DNA of 52,648 nucleotides from an uncultured bacterium (GTDB lineage: Bacteria > Vulcanimicrobiota > Vulcanimicrobiia > Vulcanimicrobiales > Vulcanimicrobiaceae). The DNA lies in contig CAXTNU010000001.1 of NCBI GenBank assembly GCA_964245595.1, forward strand, positions 1-52,648, in the 5' to 3' direction. The position numbers and the translations under genes were made by a program. This document shows positions 1 through 11,088 of the stretch, one piece after another (positions within the stretch are counted from its first letter, which is position 1; the number at the start of each line of letters is the position of its first letter). Below the pieces are notes generated by a model. It saw only the letters and a program-made list of their open reading frames with translations, was not told the origin of the DNA and did not search any database.

Positions 1-111
1 GGCTCGGGCGTCGCTCCCCAGCCAGCGCTCCATCGCCCACGCGCACAGCCCCAGGGCCGCGAGCTGGACCGCGGCCCCGGCCACGAAGATCCACGGCGAC
101 GTGCGTCTCAT
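1..111 (-). CDS. 5' part of a membrane/exported protein (runs off window)
   Basis: ATG at 111; MRRTSPWIFVAGAAVQLAALGLCAWAM is a hydrophobic N-terminus; frame open to the window edge. Confidence 0.45.
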   Translation of the reverse strand, partial: MRRTSPWIFVAGAAVQLAALGLCAWAMERWLGSDARA

Positions 112-201
112 GCGAGGCTCGTCTTTCGTCGTCGGGCACGATGTTTCTTAGCGTGCTCGGTCGTAGTCCACGACCAACCGCCACGCAGAGGAGACCGGCT
201 C

Positions 202-1512
202 TTGGCACGCAGCATCATCGCACCCGCCGAACGCGTCACCAACCTGCGCTGGGGCATCGCGCTCATCTTGGCGTTCGGCGTGCTGATCAACTACATCGAC
301 CGGGGCGCGCTCTCGGTCGCGGCCAAGCCGCTCAACGCGGAGCTGGGCGTCGGCCCGGCGGAGTTCGGCGTGCTGAGCAGCGCGTTCTTCGCCGTCTACG
401 CCTTCTCGCAGATTCCGATCGGCTACATCCTCGACCGCTACGGCGTCACGCTGATCTCGCGGGTCGGCGCGTTCCTGTGGAGCATCGCCTCGATCGGGAC
501 CGCGCTCGCGCCTAACTTCGGGCTGATCTACGCGGCGCGGCTGTTCCTGGGGCTGGCCGAAGCGCCGACCTTCCCGGCCAACGCCAAGGCGGTGGGCTAC
601 TGGTTCCCGCGCGGCGAGCGGGGTCTGGCGACCTCGCTGTTCGACGCGGCGGCGAAGTTCTCCAACGCCGTCGGGGTGGCGTTCACGGCTTGGCTGCTGG
701 TGATGTTCGGCTGGCGCGGGATGTTCTGGTCGACCGCGGCGCTGAGCCTGGTCTTCTTCGCGCTGTTCTACCTGTTCTATCGCAACCCGAGCGCGGACAA
801 GCGGCTCACCCACGCCGAGAAGACCTACATCGAGAAGGGCGGCGGCGAGCCCGAGACGCCGGCCGGCGAGCGGCCGCGCGGCGCGAGCCTGGCCTACCTC
901 ATCGCGCAGCCGAAGGTGTGGGGGCTGACGATCGGCTTCGCCGCGTACGGCTACCTGTTCGCGTTTCTGCTGACCTGGCTGCCGACGTACTTGCAGACCA
1001 CCTTCGGGGTCAACATCCTCAAGGCGGGCGGCTACGTGTTCCTGATCTGGGGCGTCGGCACGCTGACCGATCTGCTCGTCGGCGGCTGGCTCGTGGACTA
1101 TTTGATCAAACGCGGTGCGGACGCGAACCGGGTGCGCAAGACGGTGCTGATCGTCGGCCTGGTGATGGGCTTCGCGGTGATCGGCGCGGCGTACACCAAG
1201 GACATCAACGTCGCGGCGTTCTGGATCACCGTCGCGGTGGCGGGCATCTCGTTCCACGCCCCGGTCGGCTGGTCGATCCCCGCCCTGATCGCGCCGGCCA
1301 ACAGCACCGGGCAAGTCGGCGGGATCATGAACTTCCTCAACAACGTGGCGGGCTTCTTCGCCCCGACGATCACCGGCATCATCGTCGCGCGCACCGGCTC
1401 GTTCAACAACGCGCTGATCGCGGCCGGCGCGATCCTGGTCGTCGGCATCCTCTCCTACGTCGTCGTCCTGGGCCGGATCGAGAAGATCCCCGAACCGGGC
1501 TACGTTGGCTAA
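202..1512 (+). CDS. MFS transporter, anion:cation symporter (sugar-acid, DgoT/ExuT-like)
   Basis: INYIDR, GLAEAPTFP, WFPRGERG motifs; about 12 TM segments; GAGGAG RBS before TTG. Confidence 0.9.
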   Translation: MARSIIAPAERVTNLRWGIALILAFGVLINYIDRGALSVAAKPLNAELGVGPAEFGVLSSAFFAVYAFSQIPIGYILDRYGVTLISRVGAFLWSIASIGTALAPNFGLIYAARLFLGLAEAPTFPANAKAVGYWFPRGERGLATSLFDAAAKFSNAVGVAFTAWLLVMFGWRGMFWSTAALSLVFFALFYLFYRNPSADKRLTHAEKTYIEKGGGEPETPAGERPRGASLAYLIAQPKVWGLTIGFAAYGYLFAFLLTWLPTYLQTTFGVNILKAGGYVFLIWGVGTLTDLLVGGWLVDYLIKRGADANRVRKTVLIVGLVMGFAVIGAAYTKDINVAAFWITVAVAGISFHAPVGWSIPALIAPANSTGQVGGIMNFLNNVAGFFAPTITGIIVARTGSFNNALIAAGAILVVGILSYVVVLGRIEKIPEPGYVG

Positions 1513-3019
1513 CGGCCGCCTCACCGCGTCCGGCCCGGACGCGGTGATCGGCGTGGACCTCGGCACCTCCGCGGTCAAGGTCCTGGCGGTGACGGCGGCC
1601 GGGCGCGAGGTCGCGAGCGGCTCGGAGTTCTACGGCTTGGAGACGCCGCACCCGGACTTCGTCGAGCAGGACGCCGACCTGGTGTACCTGGCGACGACGC
1701 GGGTGCTCGCGCGCGTGCTGGCCGACGTGCGCCTGCGCGGCAACGAGGTCGTCGCGATCGGCTTCTCGGCCGCGATGCACGGCGTGCTGTGCGTCGACGA
1801 GAACGGCGAGCCGCTCTCGCGCGTCATCACCTGGATGGACCGGCGCGCGCACGAGGTCGCCGACCGCTGGCGCGCCGACGGCAGCGGGAGCGCGCTCTAC
1901 GCCGCGACCGGCGCGCCGATGCACCCCATGCTGCCCGTCGCCAAGCTGCGCTGGCTGGCCGAGCACGAGCCCGAGCTGTTCGCCCGCACCCGGCGCTTCG
2001 TGTCCTTGAAAGAGCTGATCGTCTACCGCTGGACCGGCGAGTGGCTGGTCGACCACGGCATCGCCTCGGCCAGCGGCATGCTCGACCTGCGCACGCGCGA
2101 CTGGCACCCGCGCGCGCTCGAGCTGGCCGGCCTCGGCCCGGAGCGGCTCTCGCGCCCGGCGCTGCCGTCGACGGCGCTGCGCGCCTTCCGGCCGACGGTT
2201 GCGCGCGGGCTGGGCCTCAACGACCATGTCGACGTGGTACTCGCCTCCGCCGACGGGCCGCTGGCGAACATCGGCGTCGGCGCGACGGTCGGGGGCGACG
2301 TCGCGCTGACGCTGGGCACCTCGGGCGCGGTGCGGGTGCTGGCCGACACGCCGCTGCTCGACCCGCGCGGGCGCACCTTCTGCTACTGCGCCGACGATAC
2401 GCGCTACGTGATCGGCGGCCCGACCAGCGCGGCCGGCGCGTCGCTGGACTGGATCTTCGCGCTGCTGCTGGACGAGCTGCCCAAGGACAAGCGCTTCGCG
2501 CGCGCCGCCGAGCTGGCGGCGCAGATCGCGCCCGGCGCGCAAGGGCTGGTGGTGCTCCCGTTCTTCGCGGGCGAGCGGGCGCCGTACTGGAACAGCGCGC
2601 TGCGCGGCACCTTCGACGGGCTCGACCTCGCCCACGACCGGCGCGCGATCCTGCGGGCCGGCTTCGAGAGCGTCGTGTTCGGCGTGTTCGCGGTGTACGA
2701 AGTGCTGCGCGAGCTGACCGGGTCCGCTTCGCGCCTGCTGCTCACCGGCGGGCTGACCAAGGCCGCGCTCGTGCGCGGGCTGCTGGCCGACGTCTTCGGC
2801 CTGCCCGCCGCGCAGCCGCACCAGCAGGAAGCCTCGGCGCTGGGTGCCGCCCTGCTCGCCGCCCAAGCCGTCGGCCTGATCCCCGCCGCCGCCGCGACGG
2901 CCCGCGCGCTGGGCCAAGACGCTCCGACCGAGCCGAACCCGGCGCTCGCCCCGACTTACCGCGAATCGTACGGGCGCTACCGGGCCTTCGTGGAGGCGCA
3001 CCTGCGGCTGTTCGGGTGA
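1505..3019 (+). CDS. gntK: FGGY-family carbohydrate kinase, gluconokinase-like
   Basis: IGVDLGTS, SAAMHG, TWMDRRA, HPMLP, DGPLANIG, GTSGAVR, LPFFAGERAP; overlaps MFS stop. Confidence 0.75.
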   Translation: MANGRLTASGPDAVIGVDLGTSAVKVLAVTAAGREVASGSEFYGLETPHPDFVEQDADLVYLATTRVLARVLADVRLRGNEVVAIGFSAAMHGVLCVDENGEPLSRVITWMDRRAHEVADRWRADGSGSALYAATGAPMHPMLPVAKLRWLAEHEPELFARTRRFVSLKELIVYRWTGEWLVDHGIASASGMLDLRTRDWHPRALELAGLGPERLSRPALPSTALRAFRPTVARGLGLNDHVDVVLASADGPLANIGVGATVGGDVALTLGTSGAVRVLADTPLLDPRGRTFCYCADDTRYVIGGPTSAAGASLDWIFALLLDELPKDKRFARAAELAAQIAPGAQGLVVLPFFAGERAPYWNSALRGTFDGLDLAHDRRAILRAGFESVVFGVFAVYEVLRELTGSASRLLLTGGLTKAALVRGLLADVFGLPAAQPHQQEASALGAALLAAQAVGLIPAAAATARALGQDAPTEPNPALAPTYRESYGRYRAFVEAHLRLFG

Positions 3020-3110
3020 CGTGGCTCCCGCGTCGACTGTTCGGCTGACGCCATCCGCGTCGGCCGTTCGGCTGGCGTCGATCCCCACGTCGGTCGTTCG
3101 GCCACGGCAA
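3005..3110 (+). repeat. Four degenerate 27-30 bp tandem repeats derived from the kinase 3' end
   Basis: Units start at 3005, 3034, 3061, 3091 and share CGRYYGTTCGG; the first three end in CCRCGT. Confidence 0.65.
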
Positions 3111-3143
3111 CCCCTCTCGCCCGTAAGGAGTCGATCTAGCGGT

Positions 3144-4133
3144 ATGGCGCACGAGGCAACGGCGACGATCGTCGTCTATTACGAGCACCCGCAGTGGTTC
3201 GAGCGGCTCTTCGCCGAGCTCGACCGGCGCGGGCTGCCGTATCGCAAGGTCCTGGCGACCGAGCACGTCCTCGACCCGGCCGCGCCGGCCGAGCCCAACA
3301 CGCTGGTCTTCAACCGCATGAGCGCCTCGGCCGCGACGCGCGACCACGCCGACGGGCTGGCCTTCTCGCTCGACGTGCTGGCCGGCTACGCGCTGCGCGG
3401 GGTGCCGGTGATCAACGGCGCGCGCGCCTACGCCTACGAGATCTCCAAGGCCAAGCAGCTCGCCCTGATCGACTCGCTCGGGCTGAAGTTCCCCAAGACC
3501 CGCATCATCCACCGCGCCGACCAAGCCGCCGCGGCGGCGCGCGACCTGCGCTTCCCGATCGTGTTCAAGCCCAACATCGGCGGGCGCGGGGCGGGCGTGA
3601 TCCGCTTCGACAGCGCCGAGCTGCTGGCGGAGACCGCCGCGGCGGGCGCGCTGGACCTGGGCTTCGACTCCGTCGCGCTGCTGCAAGAGTACGTCCCCAA
3701 GCGCGACGACAAGATCACCCGCGTGGAGGTGCTGGGCGGCGAGTACCTGTACGCGATCGACGTGACGACCAGCGCCGAGACGTTCGATCTGTGCCCGGCC
3801 GACATCTGCCGCGTGCCGGCGCCGGTCGCGGTCGGCGAGACGTGCGCCGCCGAGCGCGCGCCCACCGTCACCGCCGTGCGCGCGCACCCGCCCGCCGATG
3901 CGATCGCCGACGCGGTGCGGATCGTGAGCGCGGCCGGCATCGACGTCGGCGGGGTGGAGTTCATGGTCGACGACCGGGACGGAACGCGCCTGTTCTACGA
4001 CGTCAACGCGCTCTCGAACTTCGTCGCCAACCCGCTCGAGACGGTCGGCTTCGACCCCTGGGAACGCCTGGGCGCGTATCTCGAGACGCGCGCGCGGCGC
4101 GGTATGCCCGCCGCGCTGGCGGGAGCGCGCTGA
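3144..4133 (+). CDS. ATP-grasp (RimK/GshB-like) ligase
   Basis: VIN, SKAKQ, FPIVFKPNIGGRGAG, LQEYV, GGVEF, DVNALSNF; AAGGAG upstream. Confidence 0.8.
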   Translation: MAHEATATIVVYYEHPQWFERLFAELDRRGLPYRKVLATEHVLDPAAPAEPNTLVFNRMSASAATRDHADGLAFSLDVLAGYALRGVPVINGARAYAYEISKAKQLALIDSLGLKFPKTRIIHRADQAAAAARDLRFPIVFKPNIGGRGAGVIRFDSAELLAETAAAGALDLGFDSVALLQEYVPKRDDKITRVEVLGGEYLYAIDVTTSAETFDLCPADICRVPAPVAVGETCAAERAPTVTAVRAHPPADAIADAVRIVSAAGIDVGGVEFMVDDRDGTRLFYDVNALSNFVANPLETVGFDPWERLGAYLETRARRGMPAALAGAR

Positions 4134-5179
4134 TGCGCTTCGGGTACTGGATGCCGGTCTTCGGCGGCTGGCTGCGCAACGTCGAGGACGAGCGCATGCC
4201 CGCGACCTGGGACTACGTCTCGGCGCTCGCGCGCCGCAGCGAGCGGATCGGCTACGATCTGTCGCTGGTTGCCGAGCTGAACCTCAACGACATCAAGGGC
4301 GTCGAGGCGCCCTCGCTGGACGCCTGGTCGACCGCCGCCGCGCTGACCGCGGTCACCGAGCGGCTCGAGCTGATGGTCGCGGTGCGCCCGACGTTCCACC
4401 TCCCCGCGCTGCTGGCGAAGCAGGCCGCCACGATCGACCGCATCGGCGGCGGCAACCGCCTCTCGCTCAACGTCGTGTCGTCGTGGTGGAAGACCGAGGC
4501 CGAGATGTACGGGGTCGGCTTCGAGCAGCACGACGACCGCTACGCACGCACCGCCGAGTGGCTCGACGTGCTCGACGGCGTCTGGTCGCAGCCGCGCTTC
4601 AGCTATCAGGGCAAGTTCTATTCCGTCGCCGAGACCGCGCTGGAACCCAAACCCGCCACGCGGCCGCGCCCGGTGATCTACGCCGGCGGCGAGTCCGAGG
4701 CGGCCAAGGAGCTGATCGCGGCCAAGTGCGACGCCTACGTGATGCACGGCGACCCGCCGGAGCGGGTCGGCGAGAAGATCGCCGACATGCGGGCCCGGCG
4801 CGAGCGCATGGGTTTGGGCCCGATGCGGTACGGCGTCGCCGGCTACACGATCGTGCGCGACGCGCACGAGGACGCGCGGCGCGAGCTGGCCCGGATCACC
4901 GACGTGCGCGCCAGCGCCGCCGGCTTCGCCAACTTCCAGCAGTGGCTGAGCGGAACGCAGCTCGACACCCAGCTCGCCCAGCAGGAGTACAGCGTCTCCA
5001 ACCGCGGGCTGCGCAGCGGCCTGGTCGGCACGCCCGACGCGGTGCGCGAGCAGGTCGCGGCGTTCGAGGCGGTCGGCGCGGACCTGCTGCTGCTCCAGTG
5101 CAGCCCGCAGGCCGAGGAGATGGAACGCTTCGCCGAAGCGGTGATCGCGCCGCTGCGCAAGACCACCGCCGCCCGTTGA
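4133..5179 (+). CDS. LLM-class flavin-dependent monooxygenase (SsuD/SfnG-like)
   Basis: MRFGYWMPVFGG, AVRP, LNVVS, IYAGGES, LVGTP; TGATG-coupled to the ATP-grasp gene. Confidence 0.88.
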   Translation: MRFGYWMPVFGGWLRNVEDERMPATWDYVSALARRSERIGYDLSLVAELNLNDIKGVEAPSLDAWSTAAALTAVTERLELMVAVRPTFHLPALLAKQAATIDRIGGGNRLSLNVVSSWWKTEAEMYGVGFEQHDDRYARTAEWLDVLDGVWSQPRFSYQGKFYSVAETALEPKPATRPRPVIYAGGESEAAKELIAAKCDAYVMHGDPPERVGEKIADMRARRERMGLGPMRYGVAGYTIVRDAHEDARRELARITDVRASAAGFANFQQWLSGTQLDTQLAQQEYSVSNRGLRSGLVGTPDAVREQVAAFEAVGADLLLLQCSPQAEEMERFAEAVIAPLRKTTAAR

Positions 5180-6093
5180 GCGCGAGCCGCCCGCGCGGCG
5201 ACGCGTACGCCGCGCTGGCCGTGCTGGCGCTGGTCTGGGGCTACACCTGGGTCGTCATCAAGGTCGCCACCCACGACGCCTCGCCGCTGGTCGTCGCGGC
5301 GGTGCGCCCGGCGCTGGGCGCCGTCTGCCTATTCGCCGCGCTGACCGTGATGCGCCGCTCGCTGCGGCCGACGCCGCTGCGCGACACGGTCGTGCTGGGG
5401 CTGCTGCAGACGACCGGCTTCACGCTCTTGCAGACGCTCGCGGTGTCGCTCGCCGGCGCCGGCAAGGTCGCGGTGCTGGCGTACACGATGCCGTTCTGGG
5501 TCGCGCTGCTGGCCTGGCCGTTCCTGAGCGAGCGGATCGACCGCGGGCGCTGGATCGCGCTGGCGCTCGCCGCGCTGGGCTTGGGCTTCGTGCTTGCGCC
5601 GCTGAACGCGCACGCCGTGCCGGCCGATCTTCTGGGCGTCGCGAGCGGCATCGTGTGGGCGGCGAGCGCGGTCTGGGCCAAGCGCCTGCGCACCCGCCAC
5701 GACGTCGAGCTGCTCTCGCTCACCGCCTGGCAGATGCTGTGGGGCGCGATCCCGCTGGTCGTGCTGATGCTCGCGGTGCCCGAGCAGGTCCGCTGGACGA
5801 CCTCGTTCGTGCTCGCGATGGCCTACATGGTCGTCGCCTCGCAGGCGCTGGCCTGGGTGCTGTGGCTGTTCATCCTGTCGCGCCTGCCGGCCGGCGTGGC
5901 AGGCATCGCGTCGCTGGCGACGCCGGTGCTCGGGGTCGCGTTCGCCGCGCTCCAATTGCACGAGATCCCGACCGGCACGGAGCTGGCCGGGATCGGGTTG
6001 ATCGTGGCGGCGCTGATCGTGAACTCGCGCCCGCCGGGCAAGCACGCGAGCGGGCCGGAACGTCCCGATCCGATCGCCACCGTGCTGGACTAG
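5176..6093 (+). CDS. DMT/EamA family transporter
   Basis: LVWGYTW, AYTMPFW, LSER; two EamA halves; TTGA overlap with upstream stop. Confidence 0.85.
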   Translation: MSASRPRGDAYAALAVLALVWGYTWVVIKVATHDASPLVVAAVRPALGAVCLFAALTVMRRSLRPTPLRDTVVLGLLQTTGFTLLQTLAVSLAGAGKVAVLAYTMPFWVALLAWPFLSERIDRGRWIALALAALGLGFVLAPLNAHAVPADLLGVASGIVWAASAVWAKRLRTRHDVELLSLTAWQMLWGAIPLVVLMLAVPEQVRWTTSFVLAMAYMVVASQALAWVLWLFILSRLPAGVAGIASLATPVLGVAFAALQLHEIPTGTELAGIGLIVAALIVNSRPPGKHASGPERPDPIATVLD

Positions 6094-6123
6094 ATCAGGG
6101 TCGGAACGCGGTATCGTCGTCGG

Positions 6124-6619
6124 CTACAACTGCATCGGGTCGACGTTCTGGCCGGCAGCGCGCATGCGTCCCGCAAGCTCGAGCGCCTGCTCGCGGGACA
6201 GATGCTGCGTGGTGATCAGACCGCGTAGAATATCGAGCGTGGAAGCAGTTCGCACGAGCGATGCGCGGGCGATAAGAGCCGCATCGCTATCGTCCGTCGC
6301 GAAGATCGCCTTTCGCTCTTCACAAACGACGATGGACTCCGCTTCACCACGATGCCTCCGCTTCGTTCCCAACGCCAACTGAATTTGAGAAGCTCGACGA
6401 AGCTCCGCCGTGCCCGACAGATCGACTCGCTGCAGCCACCGTGTGCCCGGCGTGCGAGACGACCGGGATACCGCGCGAGACGGTCGCGGACAGCTCATTA
6501 TCTTCGACATACCCGGCGATCAGCGATCGTCCATGAAAGTGACGCGCTAAGAGCACGAGGGCATGGGCCTCGGCAAAGTTGATCAATGTCGACGCGTCGA
6601 AACAGACCGCAGAGAGCAT
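6124..6619 (-). pseudogene. PIN-domain toxin-like gene split by one frameshift (about 6440-6500)
   Basis: N-part VCFDASTLIN...E in ORF 6344..6619; C-part GEAESI...ATDD in ORF 6124..6510; together they give the PIN acidic residues. Confidence 0.7.
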
Positions 6620-6622
6620 TGA

Positions 6623-7378
6623 TCAGATGAGATCGGACAAGTCGATGTCAGATTGAATCTCTACTGGCCCAGGGTAACGGTCCTTCACCACTTCTGCGGG
6701 CAGATCGAGCGCATCGCCGGCCGACTCGGCAGTGATCTTCCCCGTGTGATATGCTCGCGCAACAGCCTCTACGTAACGGCTGGGCAGCTCCGCTTTATCC
6801 GGTGAATCGAGAGTCTCGTACTCCGCAAATGGGTTCGGTTTGAGCGCAGCAGCGCTGACGAGTAAACGGCTGACGTCGGCCCCGGCTACCAAATCGGCCC
6901 GCTCCAGCTGGATGAGCGCCGGCTGCAGCGTAACCCGAAAATGCTTGGCCACTCGGATCGCTCCCTCGATCATCGTTGGGTCGAGCTTCTCCTTGATGAC
7001 GAACTTCATGATCCCGCGCCGCGGAACGAGCAGTTCTGCTGCAAAGCGGTTGGCATCCCGTTCTTCTTGGGATTGCTGCTCTGCCATCACGTCCACATCG
7101 AGCTCTTCGACATGGCCAAGCACGTGATGGCCGAATTCATGAGCAGCGGTGAACCGCTGGCGACCGAGTGGTTTCGCGCGATTGAGATAAATGAAACCTG
7201 TCCCGGCGCGCTCGTCTCGGACGTAGATGCCGTCGATCTGGAGATTCGAACCCGAACGCCGAACGAAGACGATATCCGGCCGCTCCCGGAGGAACTCGAA
7301 GATGCCGATCGGTTGGTCGGGCGGTAAAATTTCGTCGCGAAGTCGAGAGGCTAGCTGAACTGGGTCAGGTTTCGCCAT
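6623..7378 (-). CDS. ImmA/IrrE-family metallopeptidase
   Basis: RQRFTAAHEFGH (HExxH), EERDANRFAAELLVP; C-terminal HTH-like segment. Confidence 0.88.
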   Translation of the reverse strand: MAKPDPVQLASRLRDEILPPDQPIGIFEFLRERPDIVFVRRSGSNLQIDGIYVRDERAGTGFIYLNRAKPLGRQRFTAAHEFGHHVLGHVEELDVDVMAEQQSQEERDANRFAAELLVPRRGIMKFVIKEKLDPTMIEGAIRVAKHFRVTLQPALIQLERADLVAGADVSRLLVSAAALKPNPFAEYETLDSPDKAELPSRYVEAVARAYHTGKITAESAGDALDLPAEVVKDRYPGPVEIQSDIDLSDLI

Positions 7379-7688
7379 GCACGACCAAGTCGTCATAGCG
7401 ACGGCGAAATCTTTGCAACCACGCTAAGTCGCCTTCGGCTCCATTGCTCAGCGCTGACGATCGGAATCGCGGCGAACCGGAAAACTCGGGATACAAGATG
7501 AAGTCGACGTCGCAGGCGAGATAGCCCGCAAGCTCACGCAACTCGCGGGCGGAGACTTTTCGCTCGCCCTTTTCCATCTTGCACATCTTAGAGCGATCCA
7601 GCCCAAGCTTTGCTCCAAGCTGTTCCTGGCTCAGCCCGGCTTGCTGACGCAGAGCGGCGATTCGTGAGCCGAGATCCGCATCGGTCAT
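7365..7688 (-). CDS. XRE-family HTH regulator
   Basis: LGSRIAALRQQAGLSQEQLG...KMEKGER. Confidence 0.88.
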   Translation of the reverse strand: MTDADLGSRIAALRQQAGLSQEQLGAKLGLDRSKMCKMEKGERKVSARELRELAGYLACDVDFILYPEFSGSPRFRSSALSNGAEGDLAWLQRFRRRYDDLVVHGET

Positions 7689-7732
7689 ACGATAATCATA
7701 ACACATTGTTGCGTTTTTCGCAACAATGTGTT
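7689..7732 (-). promoter_or_regulatory. Sigma70-type promoter for a leaderless XRE mRNA overlapped by a 14-bp palindromic operator
   Basis: Minus strand TTGCGA-N17-TATGAT-N6-ATG; perfect IR AACACATTGTTGCG (7700-7713) / CGCAACAATGTGTT (7719-7732). Confidence 0.75.
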
Positions 7733-7803
7733 TTCCTGATGGGCCAAGCTGCGACCGGGTGCACGGCGGGCCGACATGCCGGCCCGCTCGTGCTCGTGCT
7801 GAA

Positions 7804-8898
7804 CTAGATCTCGGTCGTCTGGCCCGTCGTCCCGGTGCCGCCGTCGTAGCCGGAGGCGCGCACGTTCGTCGTGTCGCCGTCGACGCGCAGCTTCTCCTCG
7901 CGGGTGGTATCCGAGACGCGCTGCGTTTCGGTGACTTCGCGCTTGCCGACCACGACCTCGCCGGTCACGACGGCGCGCTTGGTGACCGCGACCTGCTCGC
8001 GCATCAGCGGCACGCGAATCGTCTCGCCCGCGCCGATCTCGCCGATGTCGCCCGCATCCGCGCTGGTCTCGCTGACCGGGCGGCGCTCGACGAACAGTTC
8101 CTCGCGGATGACCGGAACGTCGATGTCCTGCTGGTGCTCGACCACGTCCTTGGTGATCTGCACTTCACCCGATTGCACGCGCTGCTTGTCGACGCTCAGG
8201 CGCTCCTCGCGCAGCTTGATCCGGCGGTCCTCGTCGATCTGCTCCCCGCGCGCGTAGCTGGACGAGTCGCCGTAGCCGAGCACCTGCGAACCGCGCAGCG
8301 TGGTGGCATCGGTCGCCGCATCGTAGGCGCCCGTCGTGCCGACGGCCGGCGTGCCGGCGAGACCGCCGGCGAGCCCGCCGCCGACCGCGCTCGCGGTCGT
8401 AGCGGTGGTAGCGGTCGTGTCGGCCGCATAGGTGCCCGTGCCGAAGCTCTCGCCGGCCAGGATGTGGCCGCCGTTCTGCTCGATCAGCGTGGCGGCGAGC
8501 TCGGGATGGTTGTGGCCGTCGACGGTCAGGATCGCGCTGTTCGGGGCGAGCGATCCGTCGATGCGGCGCGCTTCGCTGGAGGCCACGCCGTGGCGCACCA
8601 GCTCGTCGTAGAGCGTACGGTCGCCGCTCGCGCCGCTGAAGAAGCGCCCGATTTTGTCGCCCAGCGAATCGCCGTCGTCGCTGGTCACCTGGGTCTGGCC
8701 GGTGGTCGTGCCGGCGCCCGTTCCGGCGTACGCCGTCGTGTCTTCGCTCGCATGCGTCACGCCGATCCAGGTGCGCCCGAACCCTTCGTCGTGCAGCGCG
8801 TGCGCCGCCGCGTGGGCGGTCTCGCGATCGGCGAACGCGGCGACCAGCGCTCGCCCGTCGTATGCTTCATCTCGCGCGGTACCGGTATCGTAGTTCAT
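7804..8898 (-). CDS. YsnF/AvaK (DUF2382) general-stress-type protein
   Basis: LREERLSVDKQRVQSGEVQITK...VPVIREELFVERRPV; TIRVPLMREQV repeats. Confidence 0.85.
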   Translation of the reverse strand: MNYDTGTARDEAYDGRALVAAFADRETAHAAAHALHDEGFGRTWIGVTHASEDTTAYAGTGAGTTTGQTQVTSDDGDSLGDKIGRFFSGASGDRTLYDELVRHGVASSEARRIDGSLAPNSAILTVDGHNHPELAATLIEQNGGHILAGESFGTGTYAADTTATTATTASAVGGGLAGGLAGTPAVGTTGAYDAATDATTLRGSQVLGYGDSSSYARGEQIDEDRRIKLREERLSVDKQRVQSGEVQITKDVVEHQQDIDVPVIREELFVERRPVSETSADAGDIGEIGAGETIRVPLMREQVAVTKRAVVTGEVVVGKREVTETQRVSDTTREEKLRVDGDTTNVRASGYDGGTGTTGQTTEI

Positions 8899-9064
8899 CG
8901 AAATCCCTCGTCACGGTTGGGTCGTTGTGTTCTCGCGGAGCGGAACACGGCTGGCGAGGTGTGCCCTTTTTCGAGACTTTCTACAACTCCGGGCGCACGA
9001 ATTCTCATGCGTAATCGCACCGTTCCGCGCACTCCGCGACCCAGGGCTCGCTCGCTGGCGAGCG

Positions 9065-9478
9065 TCAGACCGCTCGCACCGCCAGCTTGGCGTTGGCGAA
9101 ATCGATCTTGGTCTGCGCGCGGCGCTGGGCGTCGACGTCTCCGGCGCCCTTGAGTTCGTCTTGCGCCGCGGCGAGGTCGGTGCGCGCTTGCGCCGGATCG
9201 ACATCGTCGGCTGAGAGCGCGGCGTCGGCTAGGATCGTGACCTTGCCGGGCAGCGCCTGCATGAAGCCTTCGCTGCAAGCCAGCTCGAGCCGGCGCGTCG
9301 CGCCGCCGTCGCGCACGTTCGCCCGCAGCACGCCGGGCCGCAGCGCGGTGAGGTACGGCGCGTGCGAGGGCAGGATGCCGACCTCGCCCTCGGTCCCGAC
9401 GGCGATGACGAGCTCCGCCTCGCCGTCGAACTTCACCGCCAGCGGCGTGATCAGCGTGAACGGGATCGCGTTGGCCAT
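9065..9478 (-). CDS. atpC: ATP synthase F1 epsilon
   Basis: GEVGILPSHAP motif; operon position. Confidence 0.95.
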   Translation of the reverse strand: MANAIPFTLITPLAVKFDGEAELVIAVGTEGEVGILPSHAPYLTALRPGVLRANVRDGGATRRLELACSEGFMQALPGKVTILADAALSADDVDPAQARTDLAAAQDELKGAGDVDAQRRAQTKIDFANAKLAVRAV

Positions 9479-9570
9479 CAGTCGCGTCCGCTACGCGGCC
9501 GCGACGAGGACCGAGCGCCACACGTGGCGCCTCCGCCGTCGGCATGATTGGTGGTGTCGATGACGATCAT
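9476..9570 (-). repeat. Palindromic intergenic element copy 1, containing a 30-aa mini-ORF (9478-9570)
   Basis: Homologous to 11944-12041; GCGCCACACGTGGCGC palindrome; ORF MIVIDTTNHADGGGATCGARSSSRPRSGRD ends TGATG on the atpC start. Confidence 0.75.
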
Positions 9571-9573
9571 GGT

Positions 9574-11088
<1,515 letters not shown>

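Noticed and set aside
3005-3110. Possible mini CRISPR array
   Set aside because: Units are adjacent and degenerate with no unique spacers; no cas genes in the window.
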